From: an uncultured delta proteobacterium
Lineage (GTDB): Bacteria > Desulfobacterota > Binatia > Binatales > Binataceae
NCBI GenBank assembly: GCA_963774705.1
Contig: CAVZFW010000001.1
Location: 269,743 to 333,742 of the forward strand
DNA: 64,000 nt
Direction: 5' to 3'
Shown: one piece after another, positions 42,259-51,785 of the stretch
Layout of the letters: the number at the start of each line of letters is the position of its first letter
How positions within the stretch are numbered: position 1 is the first letter of the stretch
The notes under the pieces: generated by a model
Told to the model about the DNA's origin: nothing
Database searches by the model: none
The model's input: only the letters and a program-made list of their open reading frames with translations
Made by a program: the position numbers and the translations under genes

Positions 42259-42354
42259 CTAAATCTTCTCGCAGCCCAGCAAGAACGCGTAACACAGGCC
42301 GAGCCCGGCCAGACCCATTAGAAATAGTGCTGGGAGCCATACTGCTTCGTTCAT
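42259..42354 (-). CDS. Second KdpF-like 31-aa hydrophobic micro-ORF immediately upstream
   Basis: Hand translation: MNEAVWLPALFLMGLAGLGLCYAFLLGCEKI*. Single TM helix. The end ...LLGCEKI resembles ...LLFPEKF. Confidence 0.4.
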   Translation of the reverse strand: MNEAVWLPALFLMGLAGLGLCYAFLLGCEKI

Positions 42355-43111
42355 CAGTTTTCCTCCGAAATGACAGACCGGATTTATCGAGATTAGCCAA
42401 GGCTGCTGACGCGAATGTTTCGAGTACGGGGCAAGGACCTTCCCCGAATGTATTAAATCGGGTTACACTTTCGGCGCCGACTAAGGGGTTACTATCCTCG
42501 TCGAGCACCGCGATTTTGCTGCCACAGACCAGAAAGCGCCATTCGCACAGTCTGCAATAATAAAGACGGGCTTTCCGGGAAGTGAGAGCGGTGTCGCACA
42601 GTGGCCCAATTACAAACTCATGACGGGAGGAGCTCAGACGGTGCCGTGAAGTGGCTGCAGCCGAGCCTTTCCATAGCTTCATGCTTAACGCTAAGGGCAA
42701 TTGTCAGACCAGACGGAAAAGGTCCGGAATCAAAGGCGAAATCAGTTATGAGCGAAATCCCAACATCGGCGTCGTGTTGTCAAACGAGATGCGTAATTGC
42801 ATTTTGAAATTGCCCGTGGCGCGCGGTGCAAGTTCGTTTACCGGGTAGGGCGAGGGTCCGCGTTATTGTTCGCATACCCAGGAATCCCATTTGGTGCGGC
42901 TCCTGATAGGGCGTCGCCGCGCTCGATCGCCTTCGGCTAAATCGCCTGCAGCCTGCGCCCAAAGTGTTCATGTTCATCCTGCACGATCCGACCCAAAGAG
43001 CACCGCATCACGGTCGCGAATGAGTGATGCGAGTCAGTGCACGTAATACAAGCGGGGGTCGAATGGTGCGCCTTGTGTTAGCAAGGGCACGATGGCAACC
43101 TCGATTCGTCA

Positions 43112-44026
43112 ATGCGAACGCGAATCAAGAGCAGCTTCATTTACCTGGCCAACGCGGTCAGCGATTTGCGCGGGAATTGGTTGACGCTTGCGCTGGTGTT
43201 GTCGCCGGTGGTGTTTTTGTCGGCGCTGTGCGTGCTGCCGGATGCGCTAAACATACAACATCAACTGATGCGAACCTTTCAGCCGGGGATGCGCTCGGTG
43301 GGCTGGTGGTCAGTACAGATACCGTACGCGCCAGATACCGGGCCGCCACCGCCGCCGCTGTTTGGCCACTGGACGCTGAGGGCGCTGCATCTGACGCTAA
43401 CAGCGATCGCGTTTTTGGTGAAGCTGGTGGGGCTTTGCGCGATCAAGCGAGTCAGGTCGGGGATGCGCCACGCGCGCGTACTCAATGAAGCGATCGAGGT
43501 ATATCGCGAGGCGATCACGCTGGTGCCTTCGTTTCTGTGGATCGCCCTGATCCAGGTGATCGCAATCGGAGTCGGGTTCGTCTTGCTGGTGATACCCGGA
43601 CTGTTGGCGTTTGTGTGGCTCTACCTCGCCCCGTACGCGCTCGTGTTTGACAATCGGCGAAGTTGGCAGGCGCTGCTATACAGCCGCGATCTGATGCGTG
43701 GACAGCTATTGAAGGTCGCAGTGCGGATAATAGTCTTTCTTGCGGTGTGGTCGGGGTTCAACGTGTGGGTGGGCGGCGCGTTCTTCGCGTTGAGCCTGCT
43801 GGTCAGCCCGCTCGCAGTCTGGAGCGGCGCGCTGACGTCGGTCATCTTCCTGTTCACCTGTTTCGCGGCGGCGGTAGCTTACACGACGACCGTGTTTTTC
43901 ATGGCGGCGGGTGCGCGGCTGTATGAGGACCTGCGGGCGATAGCGACCGAGAGCGTGGCAGCGGCGCAGGACGCATCGTTGCCGGCCACGACTCCGCCAC
44001 CGAATCTCTCACCTGCGACCGAGTAA
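43112..44026 (+). CDS. Hypothetical polytopic membrane protein (about 6 TM helices) with Pro-rich loop and Ala/Thr/Pro-rich tail
   Basis: 304-aa intact ORF with hydrophobic periodicity and a PPPPP loop; no family recognised. Confidence 0.55.
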   Translation: MRTRIKSSFIYLANAVSDLRGNWLTLALVLSPVVFLSALCVLPDALNIQHQLMRTFQPGMRSVGWWSVQIPYAPDTGPPPPPLFGHWTLRALHLTLTAIAFLVKLVGLCAIKRVRSGMRHARVLNEAIEVYREAITLVPSFLWIALIQVIAIGVGFVLLVIPGLLAFVWLYLAPYALVFDNRRSWQALLYSRDLMRGQLLKVAVRIIVFLAVWSGFNVWVGGAFFALSLLVSPLAVWSGALTSVIFLFTCFAAAVAYTTTVFFMAAGARLYEDLRAIATESVAAAQDASLPATTPPPNLSPATE

Positions 44027-44051
44027 AGTTTCCTCCGAATGGCGACTCGTA

Positions 44052-47000
44052 TCAGGTGCCGCTCGCGAGGCGGGACAGGGCACGCACAGTGACCTGCAAC
44101 GGCGGCAATCCGATTGAAGTCAGCGTGCGCAGATCGCCCATCATCCGTTCGACTTCGGCGGCGCGACGTTCGTGGCCCGGGGTGATTAAAGTAGCGGCGC
44201 GGGCGCCGTCGGAGGCACCTTCGAGCGCCATACGGCATAGTTGGATGCGCGCCCACGAGAGTTCGGCGGCCAGATCGCGTGCGGCACGGCGCTCCCAGCG
44301 GTCGTCGCTGCTGATCGCTTCGATGGCAAGTTCGATCGAAGCGAACTCGATGCGTTCGCTAAGCCCGAAGTAAGCGCGGGCGACGACCATCGGATCGCGG
44401 CCGCAGTCGAAGGCTAGACTCAGCACATTGAGCAGATGATCGGCGAAGGCGAGACGCGCCAGTTCGTGCGCGAGTTGCTCCTGATGGACGGCGGCGCGGA
44501 GCTCGCGATAGGTGCGCTCGAAGCGAGCGCGCTCGCCACCAGCCAGGACGTCCTCAAATTCGGCGGCCAGATGGCGCAGTTGCGGCTCGATCCGGCCGAT
44601 GATGACGCCGAGCGGTTCGGCCGTAGCGTGCGCGATGGCCCAGGTGCAGGCGCGTCGGGCCGCGCGTTCGAGGCCGAGAAAGGCGCCCAACTCGGCCTCG
44701 GCGGTGAGTTCGGCAACGTTGGCCTTGAGCTCGGCGGCGCGGTGAGGGAGTTCGAGGACGCCGGAAGCGGAGAGCCACGCACGCAGCGCCTCGGCGGCCT
44801 CGATGCCGTGGTCTCGTTCGAGGTCGAAGACGAACACCGAGCCCATGAGATCGACCATCTCGTTGACGAGGCGGGTTGCGATGAGTTCGCGGCGCAGGCT
44901 GTGCCGCGGAATTTCAGCGGCCAGCGCGGCAGCGATGGTGTGGGGAAAATAGGGCCGCAGGAAGCGGTCGATGAGATACGGATCGGCGATTAGATCGGTT
45001 TGTTCGAGCCGCGAGGCGAGATCGATCTTGGTGTAGGCAGTGAGCATCGCGAGCTCCGGCCGGGTCAAGCCGGCGAAGCGCGAACGCCGCTCGCGCAGCT
45101 CCTCGTGGGTCGGGAGGATCGCGTCGGCGCGGCGCACGACGGCGTTCTGCTCGAGCGTGGTGAGGTGATCGCGAAACGCGCTCACACTGGTGCGGCTGCG
45201 CAGTTGCTCGAGGCTCAGCGAGAGGACCTGGTCGCGGTTGTCGCGCAGCACGCCTTCGGCGACCTCCTCGGCGGCGGCGGCGAGACGTCGATTGCGTCCG
45301 CTCGCGGTGAGTTCGGCGCGTGCGACAATCGGCGCAAAGAGAATCTTCAAGTTGACTTCGTGGTCTGACATATCGACGCCGGCGGAATTATCGATGGCGT
45401 CGTTGTTGATGCGCCCGCCGCCAAGCGCGAACTCGATGCGGGCGGCCTGGGTGAAGCCGAGGTTGCCGCCTTCGACGACGACCTTGCAGCGCAATTCGGG
45501 CGCGGCGACGCGAACGTTATCGTTGGCATGGTCGCCGACTTCGGCGTCGGTTTCGCCGCTCGCGCGCACGTAGGTGCCGATGCCGCCGTTGTAGAGCAGG
45601 TCGGCGTTAGCGCGAAGGATCGTCTGCACGAGGCTGTCGGCGTCGAGTTCGCTGGTCTCGCAGCCGATCGCGCGACGCGCCTCCGAGCTGAGCGCAATGC
45701 GCTTTTGTCCACGGCGAAAAACGCCACCACCCTTGCTGATCCGCTTCCCGTCGTAGTCGGCCCAGCTTGAAGCGGACAATTCGAAGAGGCGTTTGCGCTC
45801 CGCGAAACTCGCCTTGGGATCGGGATCGGGGTCGATGAAAATGTGGCGATGGTCGAAGGCCGCCACGAGTTTGAGGTTGTCGGAACGCAGCAGGCCGTTG
45901 CCGAAGACGTCGCCTGACATATCGCCGATGCCGACGACGGTGATGGGCGCGCCGCGATCGATCTCGCGGCCCATCTCGCGCAGATGACGCTTGGCGGATT
46001 CCCACGCGCCGCGCGCCGTAATGCCCATCCGCTTGTGGTCGTATCCGTGCTCGCCCCCGGAGGCGAAGGCGTCGCCCAGCCAGAAGCCGCGGCTTTCGGC
46101 GATTTCGTTGGCCAAGTCTGAAAAGCTCGCGGTGCCCTTGTCCGCGGCGACCACCAAATAGGGACCGTCGTTATCGAGTACGCGAACGCGCGGCGGACGG
46201 ACGACGACGCCATCGACGATGTTGTCGGTCAGATCGAGCATCGCGTTGATCAGCGTCTTGTAGGCGGCGATCGCGGTTTCGCGATCAGGCGGACGGTTGC
46301 TGCGCGATTTGACGACGAACCCGCCCTTTGATCCAATCGGCACGATGATCGCGTTTTTGACGGTCTGCGTTTTCATCAGGTCGAGAATTTCAGTGCGATA
46401 ATCGTCGGTACGATCACTATGGCGGATGCCGCCGCGGGCGATTTTGCCGCCACGCAGATGGCAGCCCTCGACGTGCGGACTGTTGACGTGAATTTCGTAG
46501 AGCGGAGTGGCGTCCGGGAGATTCGAAATGCGCGCGCTCTCGAACTTCAGCGCGATATACGCATTGGCCGCGGTTTGGGCCTGGAAGTAGCTGGTGCGGA
46601 CAGTCGCCTCAACCATCGCGAGCAGCGTGCGTGCAAAGCGATCGTCGGCGATATTCTCGACCGCGCCGCACTGTTCGAGGTAGCCGGCGCGCAGCGCGGC
46701 GAATTGGTCAAGCGGAGTCTCGCGATCGGGATCAAAGCGGACAATGAAAAAATCGATGAGCAGGCGCGCGAGGTGCGGATAGAGCAGCAGCGGGCGATTC
46801 GCGGCCAGGCGGGCGGGCACCAGGCGCATCTGAAAAGCGGCGGCGAGATACGCGCGGACTAGCGCAACCTCCCGCCAGGCGAGTCCGGCGTTGAGCGTAA
46901 GCGCATTGAGCGCGTCGTCCTCGGCGCGACCGTCGCGCACCGCGGCCAAGGCTTCGGCGACGAGTCCCGCGCCGGGCAACTGGTCAAGCGCATGCCCGTT

Positions 47001-48788
47001 GAGGCTGCGCACGCGGAACGCCTGGACGTGAGCCGCGCGCCGCTGATCGCCGAACAGGGGACGCAGGTCGTGGGCTTCTTCGCTGACCGTCGAAATGCCG
47101 AAGTTTTGCAGCGTTGGCACCAGTTCGGAGAGAATCGGGGCATCGCCGACTTCGTACATGCGCAGTTCGCTTTCGTTGCTGGCGCCGCCCGGCGCGGGAG
47201 TATGTATATCGACGCCAAAGGAACCGTCCGCGAGGAGGGCCTCGGCGCGTTCGATATCGTGCCGCGCGAGCTCGGGCGCGGTGCCCGATCGATATGCGAG
47301 GCTAAACGCGTCGCGCCAGCGCAGGGCGATTTCTTTGCCGCGCGCCGGTCCGTAGTGCTCGACCAGGTGGTCGCGCAAGAAATCATCCCAGGTTCGGGCG
47401 AGGCGGATAACGTCGGATTCCATCGCGGCGACCGCCGCCAGACCCGGTGGCACCGCCGAAAAGCAGAAGTGCAAACGGGCCGTGTAGCTATCGCTGAGGG
47501 CCAGGTGGTAGTAAACCAGTTTGCCGCCAAGATGACGCGCCAGCGCCTCCTGGATGTTCACGCGGACGTTGGCCGAAAAGTGCTCGCGCGGCATGATCAC
47601 CAGCGCAATAACGTTGCCGCGCACCGGATCGGATTGCAGGCTGAGACGCACCTCGCCTGCGTTCTTGAGGTCCAGCACAACGCGGATCTGTGCGCGCAAT
47701 TCAGCGACCCGGGCGCGGAAGAGCTCCTCCTTGGGAAAGCTGTTGAAGACTGCGACGAATTGCTTGTAGTCGTGCGAGCCAACCTGGACGTGTTCGGCGG
47801 CCAGCACTTCGTCCAGTTTGGCGCGAAGCACCGGGATGTGCTGCGATTCTTCGGCATACGCGCGCGAGGTAAATAGCCCGACGAAGCGGTCGAAACTGAT
47901 TGCCTCACCGTTGGGTCCGCAACGGCGCAGCGTGAGGTCATCCAACGGCGCGCGCCGGTGTACGCGGGCTTCCGCGCGCGCCTTGCCGACGATCAGCGGT
48001 GCTCCGTCGAACAACAACGTGCGATGATCCGCGTCCATCGAATCGAGCGTCACCGGATTGGCGTAACGGGAACGCGCTTCGTTGCGCATAATGCCGAGAC
48101 CGGAGCCGGGCTCAGCGACCAGCGCGCGCTTACCGTCGTGATTAACCACGCGATACCGGCGATAGCCGAGAAAAACGAAGCCGTCGTAAACCAGCCAGCG
48201 CAGCAGATCGCGAAGTTCGACGAGGTTGCGAGCAGCCGCGGTCTCTTCGCAAATTTCGAGGGCGCGCCTGGTCATCGCGGCGAAGTCGTTGTTGACCTCG
48301 ATCACTTCGTCGAGGATCTCGGCGAGTCCTCGCTCCAGCGCAGTGGCCGTGAATCCGGCGGGCAATTCGATTTCCGTGTGGGTAAACGATTCGGCGTGCT
48401 CGCCGGCGGCCGTCTGCTCGAAAGAGACCATTGATCCATCGGCGTCGCGAGCGACATTGAACACGGGATGCAGCAGCAGGCGGACGGGAATCCCATTCTC
48501 GTGAAAAAACTCGAGCACGCTGTCGACGATAAACGGTCGGTCATCCATCGCGGTTTCAACCACGCACGAGCCGTCGGCGTCGCCGGCACGCACCCGCAAC
48601 TTCATGAGTCCGTTGCGGGTGGCGAAGAATTCGAACGCATCGGCGGCGATCGCGAGCCGCTTTTGCGGCGGGTAACTATCGCTCAGATCAGATGAGATTC
48701 GCTCGAACAGCCGATTGGCAAAGATGCCGAGGCGCTGCCGGCGTTCGAGTTGCTCGCTTGATTCCTGCTGAATTGCTTCGGTGGCCAA
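44052..48788 (-). CDS. gdh: NAD-specific glutamate dehydrogenase, large (about 180 kDa) class
   Basis: 1578-aa uninterrupted ORF with catalytic-core blocks typical of large NAD-GDH (GGIRHSDRTDDYRTEILDLMKTQTVKNAIIVPIGSKGGFVVK; MGITARGAWESAKRHLREMG). Confidence 0.9.
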   Translation of the reverse strand: MATEAIQQESSEQLERRQRLGIFANRLFERISSDLSDSYPPQKRLAIAADAFEFFATRNGLMKLRVRAGDADGSCVVETAMDDRPFIVDSVLEFFHENGIPVRLLLHPVFNVARDADGSMVSFEQTAAGEHAESFTHTEIELPAGFTATALERGLAEILDEVIEVNNDFAAMTRRALEICEETAAARNLVELRDLLRWLVYDGFVFLGYRRYRVVNHDGKRALVAEPGSGLGIMRNEARSRYANPVTLDSMDADHRTLLFDGAPLIVGKARAEARVHRRAPLDDLTLRRCGPNGEAISFDRFVGLFTSRAYAEESQHIPVLRAKLDEVLAAEHVQVGSHDYKQFVAVFNSFPKEELFRARVAELRAQIRVVLDLKNAGEVRLSLQSDPVRGNVIALVIMPREHFSANVRVNIQEALARHLGGKLVYYHLALSDSYTARLHFCFSAVPPGLAAVAAMESDVIRLARTWDDFLRDHLVEHYGPARGKEIALRWRDAFSLAYRSGTAPELARHDIERAEALLADGSFGVDIHTPAPGGASNESELRMYEVGDAPILSELVPTLQNFGISTVSEEAHDLRPLFGDQRRAAHVQAFRVRSLNGHALDQLPGAGLVAEALAAVRDGRAEDDALNALTLNAGLAWREVALVRAYLAAAFQMRLVPARLAANRPLLLYPHLARLLIDFFIVRFDPDRETPLDQFAALRAGYLEQCGAVENIADDRFARTLLAMVEATVRTSYFQAQTAANAYIALKFESARISNLPDATPLYEIHVNSPHVEGCHLRGGKIARGGIRHSDRTDDYRTEILDLMKTQTVKNAIIVPIGSKGGFVVKSRSNRPPDRETAIAAYKTLINAMLDLTDNIVDGVVVRPPRVRVLDNDGPYLVVAADKGTASFSDLANEIAESRGFWLGDAFASGGEHGYDHKRMGITARGAWESAKRHLREMGREIDRGAPITVVGIGDMSGDVFGNGLLRSDNLKLVAAFDHRHIFIDPDPDPKASFAERKRLFELSASSWADYDGKRISKGGGVFRRGQKRIALSSEARRAIGCETSELDADSLVQTILRANADLLYNGGIGTYVRASGETDAEVGDHANDNVRVAAPELRCKVVVEGGNLGFTQAARIEFALGGGRINNDAIDNSAGVDMSDHEVNLKILFAPIVARAELTASGRNRRLAAAAEEVAEGVLRDNRDQVLSLSLEQLRSRTSVSAFRDHLTTLEQNAVVRRADAILPTHEELRERRSRFAGLTRPELAMLTAYTKIDLASRLEQTDLIADPYLIDRFLRPYFPHTIAAALAAEIPRHSLRRELIATRLVNEMVDLMGSVFVFDLERDHGIEAAEALRAWLSASGVLELPHRAAELKANVAELTAEAELGAFLGLERAARRACTWAIAHATAEPLGVIIGRIEPQLRHLAAEFEDVLAGGERARFERTYRELRAAVHQEQLAHELARLAFADHLLNVLSLAFDCGRDPMVVARAYFGLSERIEFASIELAIEAISSDDRWERRAARDLAAELSWARIQLCRMALEGASDGARAATLITPGHERRAAEVERMMGDLRTLTSIGLPPLQVTVRALSRLASGT

Positions 48789-48979
48789 CGAAGATCACCT
48801 GACGAAGAATGGTTGAAGTGGAAGAGTCCGGGCAAAATGCCCGACACCACCGGAAATTATAGATTGCGCGCCGCCTCTATCGCCACTCTCGACTCACACA
48901 CGTTAAGACGCGCAGTCAGCTATAATATTCCGGATAGGCGCGAGAGATTCGTGGCGCATGGCTCATCCGCCGTTTTTAG

Positions 48980-50227
48980 ATGCCGGAAATCGAAATCAAT
49001 GCGATGACCTTTGGACCTTACGGAGTCGGCCGCCTCGACGGCAAATCCGTGATGGTCCCGCACGCCGCGCCGGGAGACCGGTTAGAGGTGGCGCTCAAGT
49101 CCGAGCGTCGCGATTACGCGATCGCGCGAATCGATCGAATAATCCGGCCCGGGCGCAGCCGACGCGAGCCGCCATGCCGGTTCCTGCCGCGCTGTGGCGG
49201 ATGCGACTGGCAACAGATCGAATATCCCGCGCAGGTGGCGCTCAAGGCGGAATTGATTGCGGCGGAATTCCAGCGCGCGCTGGGCGTGGAACTCGATCCA
49301 CGGGGTCTCATCGAAGCGGCACCAGCCGAGTTTGCATACCGTTCGCGGACCCGCTTCAAGACCAGTGGCGCAGCGGTCGGGTTCCACGAAACGGGCAGCA
49401 ATTCGATGGTGGAAATCGATCGGTGCATGGTGGCCGTCGCGCCTGATCGAATCCCAGTCGCGTTGGCCACGGCGTTGGGCCGGCGATGCATCGAGATCGA
49501 AGTGGTCAGGGATAACCAGGGCGAAGTGCAGATCGCCCATCTAGCGAAGGCGCCCGGCAATGCGGAGGTCTCACGCGCGCGCCAGGTGATGAGTGGCGAC
49601 AACACGATTCGCGGCGTTGTGCTGCGCGGCGGCAATCGGCGTGAAGTGTTGGGCGACGGGAAAATTTTGTTCGAGCTGGAGCCGGGTTGCGAAATCGAAA
49701 CCGACGCCGACCTGTTCAGCCAGGTCAACCGGGCACAAAACGTAAAGCTCGTCGCGACAGTGGCTGCGATGGCGACGGTGCGCGCCGAAATGCCGGTGCT
49801 CGATCTGTTCTGCGGGGCCGGCAATTTCAGTCTGCCGCTGGCACGGCGCGGCGCGCGCGTCACGGGCGTCGATGCGGACGCGCTCGCGATTGCGAGCGCT
49901 CAACAAAATGCCGTGCGGATGGCGCTCAAGGATGCGCAGTTTATCGCGATGAAAGCGACGGAAACCGCGCGCTTCTTCGCGCAGGCACATTACCGGCCGG
50001 AACTCGTGATCATCGATCCGCCGCGTACCGGCGCGCTCGAGTTGATGGAAGCAGTCGCGCGGCTGCGTCCGCGTGCGGTAATCTATGTCTCGTGCGACAC
50101 CCCGACCCTCGTGCGCGACTTGCAAAGCCTGGCCGCAAACGGATACGAAATTAGCGAGGTTCGAGGGTTCGATTTCTTTCCGAACACGCATCACGCGGAG
50201 GTCGCCGTCCACGCGCTATTGACTTAG
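48980..50227 (+). CDS. rlmD: 23S rRNA (uracil-C5)-methyltransferase RlmD/RumA family (TRAM domain, 4Fe-4S cluster, SAM MTase)
   Basis: N-terminal TRAM domain, a CRFLPRCGGCDWQ cysteine cluster, motif I LDLFCGAGNFSLPLA, and an IDPPRTG motif. Confidence 0.85.
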   Translation: MPEIEINAMTFGPYGVGRLDGKSVMVPHAAPGDRLEVALKSERRDYAIARIDRIIRPGRSRREPPCRFLPRCGGCDWQQIEYPAQVALKAELIAAEFQRALGVELDPRGLIEAAPAEFAYRSRTRFKTSGAAVGFHETGSNSMVEIDRCMVAVAPDRIPVALATALGRRCIEIEVVRDNQGEVQIAHLAKAPGNAEVSRARQVMSGDNTIRGVVLRGGNRREVLGDGKILFELEPGCEIETDADLFSQVNRAQNVKLVATVAAMATVRAEMPVLDLFCGAGNFSLPLARRGARVTGVDADALAIASAQQNAVRMALKDAQFIAMKATETARFFAQAHYRPELVIIDPPRTGALELMEAVARLRPRAVIYVSCDTPTLVRDLQSLAANGYEISEVRGFDFFPNTHHAEVAVHALLT

Positions 50228-50282
50228 GTCAGAGTGCATTCCTAATCTAAGCGAAGGTGATGGACGCGCCTTCTCGCCAGGG

Positions 50283-50543
50283 GTGTTTACCAAAACAATG
50301 CCGAAGCAGGAAAAACTAGCCCGCCCCAAGATCACGATAATTCCGGGTCGGGGCGTTGCCCAAACCATCAATTACCTGCTCGAAGATCGCGATGACCTCG
50401 AATGGATAATCGCGGTCGGGCGCACCAAGAATGGCGAACTTTTCTTCTATGACACCGGCGGCGATATCGTCGAAGACCTGGGGACTCTCGAGTACCTTAA
50501 GGCGCGGATAATCCGCGCCCATTTCGGCGACGAATACGAGTAA
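50283..50543 (+). CDS. Small hypothetical protein (86 aa)
   Basis: Intact ORF in the gap between rlmD and the next gene; no motifs. Confidence 0.4.
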   Translation: MFTKTMPKQEKLARPKITIIPGRGVAQTINYLLEDRDDLEWIIAVGRTKNGELFFYDTGGDIVEDLGTLEYLKARIIRAHFGDEYE

Positions 50544-50568
50544 CCCGCGAGCACTCGCGTGAAATGCG

Positions 50569-51306
50569 ATGGCGGTGCGCTCAGCGCCAAGCCGTTCGAG
50601 ATTCCGCGCTATCGGCGCCATTTGCTGCTTCATTTTCGTAATATCAATTGAGTGCGCGCCGTGCGCCGTATCGCTGGCGCGTGCCCAGCAGGTGCGGGTC
50701 CTGCCTTCCCAACAAAAGCCTTCAACCGAGGACTTGCCGCGCGAGCGCGCCCCATCGCAGTCGGAGACGCTCCCGATCATCCCACAGCGTCCGGTGATGC
50801 CTGACAATCCCGGATCGAATATACGCGAGATTCCCCTGCCCGAAATCTTCAGGGGTTGCTGGGCCGGCGAGGTTCCTGAGGTCGATTCGATGACACCGCT
50901 GTCGGCCGACGCCGTACACGTTCGATGGCTGACCAAGTTGTACAAGCTCTGCTACAAGCAGGTCGGTACCGGCGACCGCTGGCATCTGACTTTCGCCGAG
51001 ACCTCGGTGGCGCAACGATCGATTGTCAGCGATCAGCGGCAATCGGTTCGCGTCAAATCGGTGGCCGGCAGGGATCGCGCCGAGCTAACCGCGTATCTTC
51101 ATTTCCGCGCGCCGCAGCTGACTCTTTTCGACCGACCCAGCGGGGTCGTCAATACCCTTGACGAACTGACTCAATTGCACTGCGCGGTGACGCCGGACCG
51201 TGAAGCGATGGACGTGCGGGCTGAGGTTTTCGTCGAAAACAGCGGTGAGTCGTGGGTCCAGATGACCTGGCACACACGATTATTGCGTACACCGACGGCC
51301 GACTAG
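50569..51306 (+). CDS. Hypothetical secreted protein
   Basis: N-terminal hydrophobic segment AIGAICCFIFVISIECAPCAVSLARAQQ (signal-peptide-like). 245 aa with no recognised family. Confidence 0.45.
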   Translation: MAVRSAPSRSRFRAIGAICCFIFVISIECAPCAVSLARAQQVRVLPSQQKPSTEDLPRERAPSQSETLPIIPQRPVMPDNPGSNIREIPLPEIFRGCWAGEVPEVDSMTPLSADAVHVRWLTKLYKLCYKQVGTGDRWHLTFAETSVAQRSIVSDQRQSVRVKSVAGRDRAELTAYLHFRAPQLTLFDRPSGVVNTLDELTQLHCAVTPDREAMDVRAEVFVENSGESWVQMTWHTRLLRTPTAD

Positions 51307-51332
51307 TCGATCAATAAAGGATCAAGGGCGAA

Positions 51333-51785
51333 TCAGTCTTCGAATTCTTCCCGCGGAGGGCGCGCGTAGATTTTACCGTCCTCGATCTCAAGCGGCACGC
51401 GGTAAAGCATCTTGCCGCAGGTTTCCGCAGGTCCTGCGATGCACTCCCCGTTCGATGGATCGTAGTAGGCATTGTGGGTCTGGCACATCAGGTAGCGACC
51501 GCGCTCGGCGAAGAATTGGTTGTCAACCCAGTCCATCGCCATCGGCACGTGGCGACATCGATTGACGTAGGCGTGGAGCTGGCCTCGGAAATTGATCACG
51601 AAGCATTCCTCGTCGGCGTCGCGAACAGGCATCAGGAACTTAAGCGAGGTACCGCGCTTGACGTCTGTCACGGGGCCGACGAGATAACGAACGCCATTGG
51701 GCGTATGCTCGCGCCGATCATCCCGATTGTGGCGCGGCGGTTTATGCCCTCCTAGCGTGGCGCTGCGATCGTGTTTTTCAGACAT
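51333..51785 (-). CDS. Rieske [2Fe-2S] domain protein
   Basis: CRHVPMAMDW and CQTHNAYY (CxH...CxxH). The annotated start overlaps the upstream FAH gene by 34 nt; an internal GTG at about 51671 is an alternative start. Confidence 0.75.
   Translation of the reverse strand: MSEKHDRSATLGGHKPPRHNRDDRREHTPNGVRYLVGPVTDVKRGTSLKFLMPVRDADEECFVINFRGQLHAYVNRCRHVPMAMDWVDNQFFAERGRYLMCQTHNAYYDPSNGECIAGPAETCGKMLYRVPLEIEDGKIYARPPREEFED

Noticed and set aside
42245-42700. 151-aa minus-strand ORF spanning the kdp leader
   Set aside because: Overlaps both kdpF-like micro-ORFs in another frame and has no recognisable features. It is more likely untranslated kdp promoter/leader sequence.
45347-46213. 288-aa minus-strand ORF plus several 100-300-aa plus-strand ORFs (44436..44993, 46992..47876, 47958..48434)
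   Set aside because: All are embedded in, or antisense to, the intact 1578-aa NAD-GDH gene. Compositions are dominated by Ala/Arg/Ser/Pro, as expected for off-frame GC-rich sequence.
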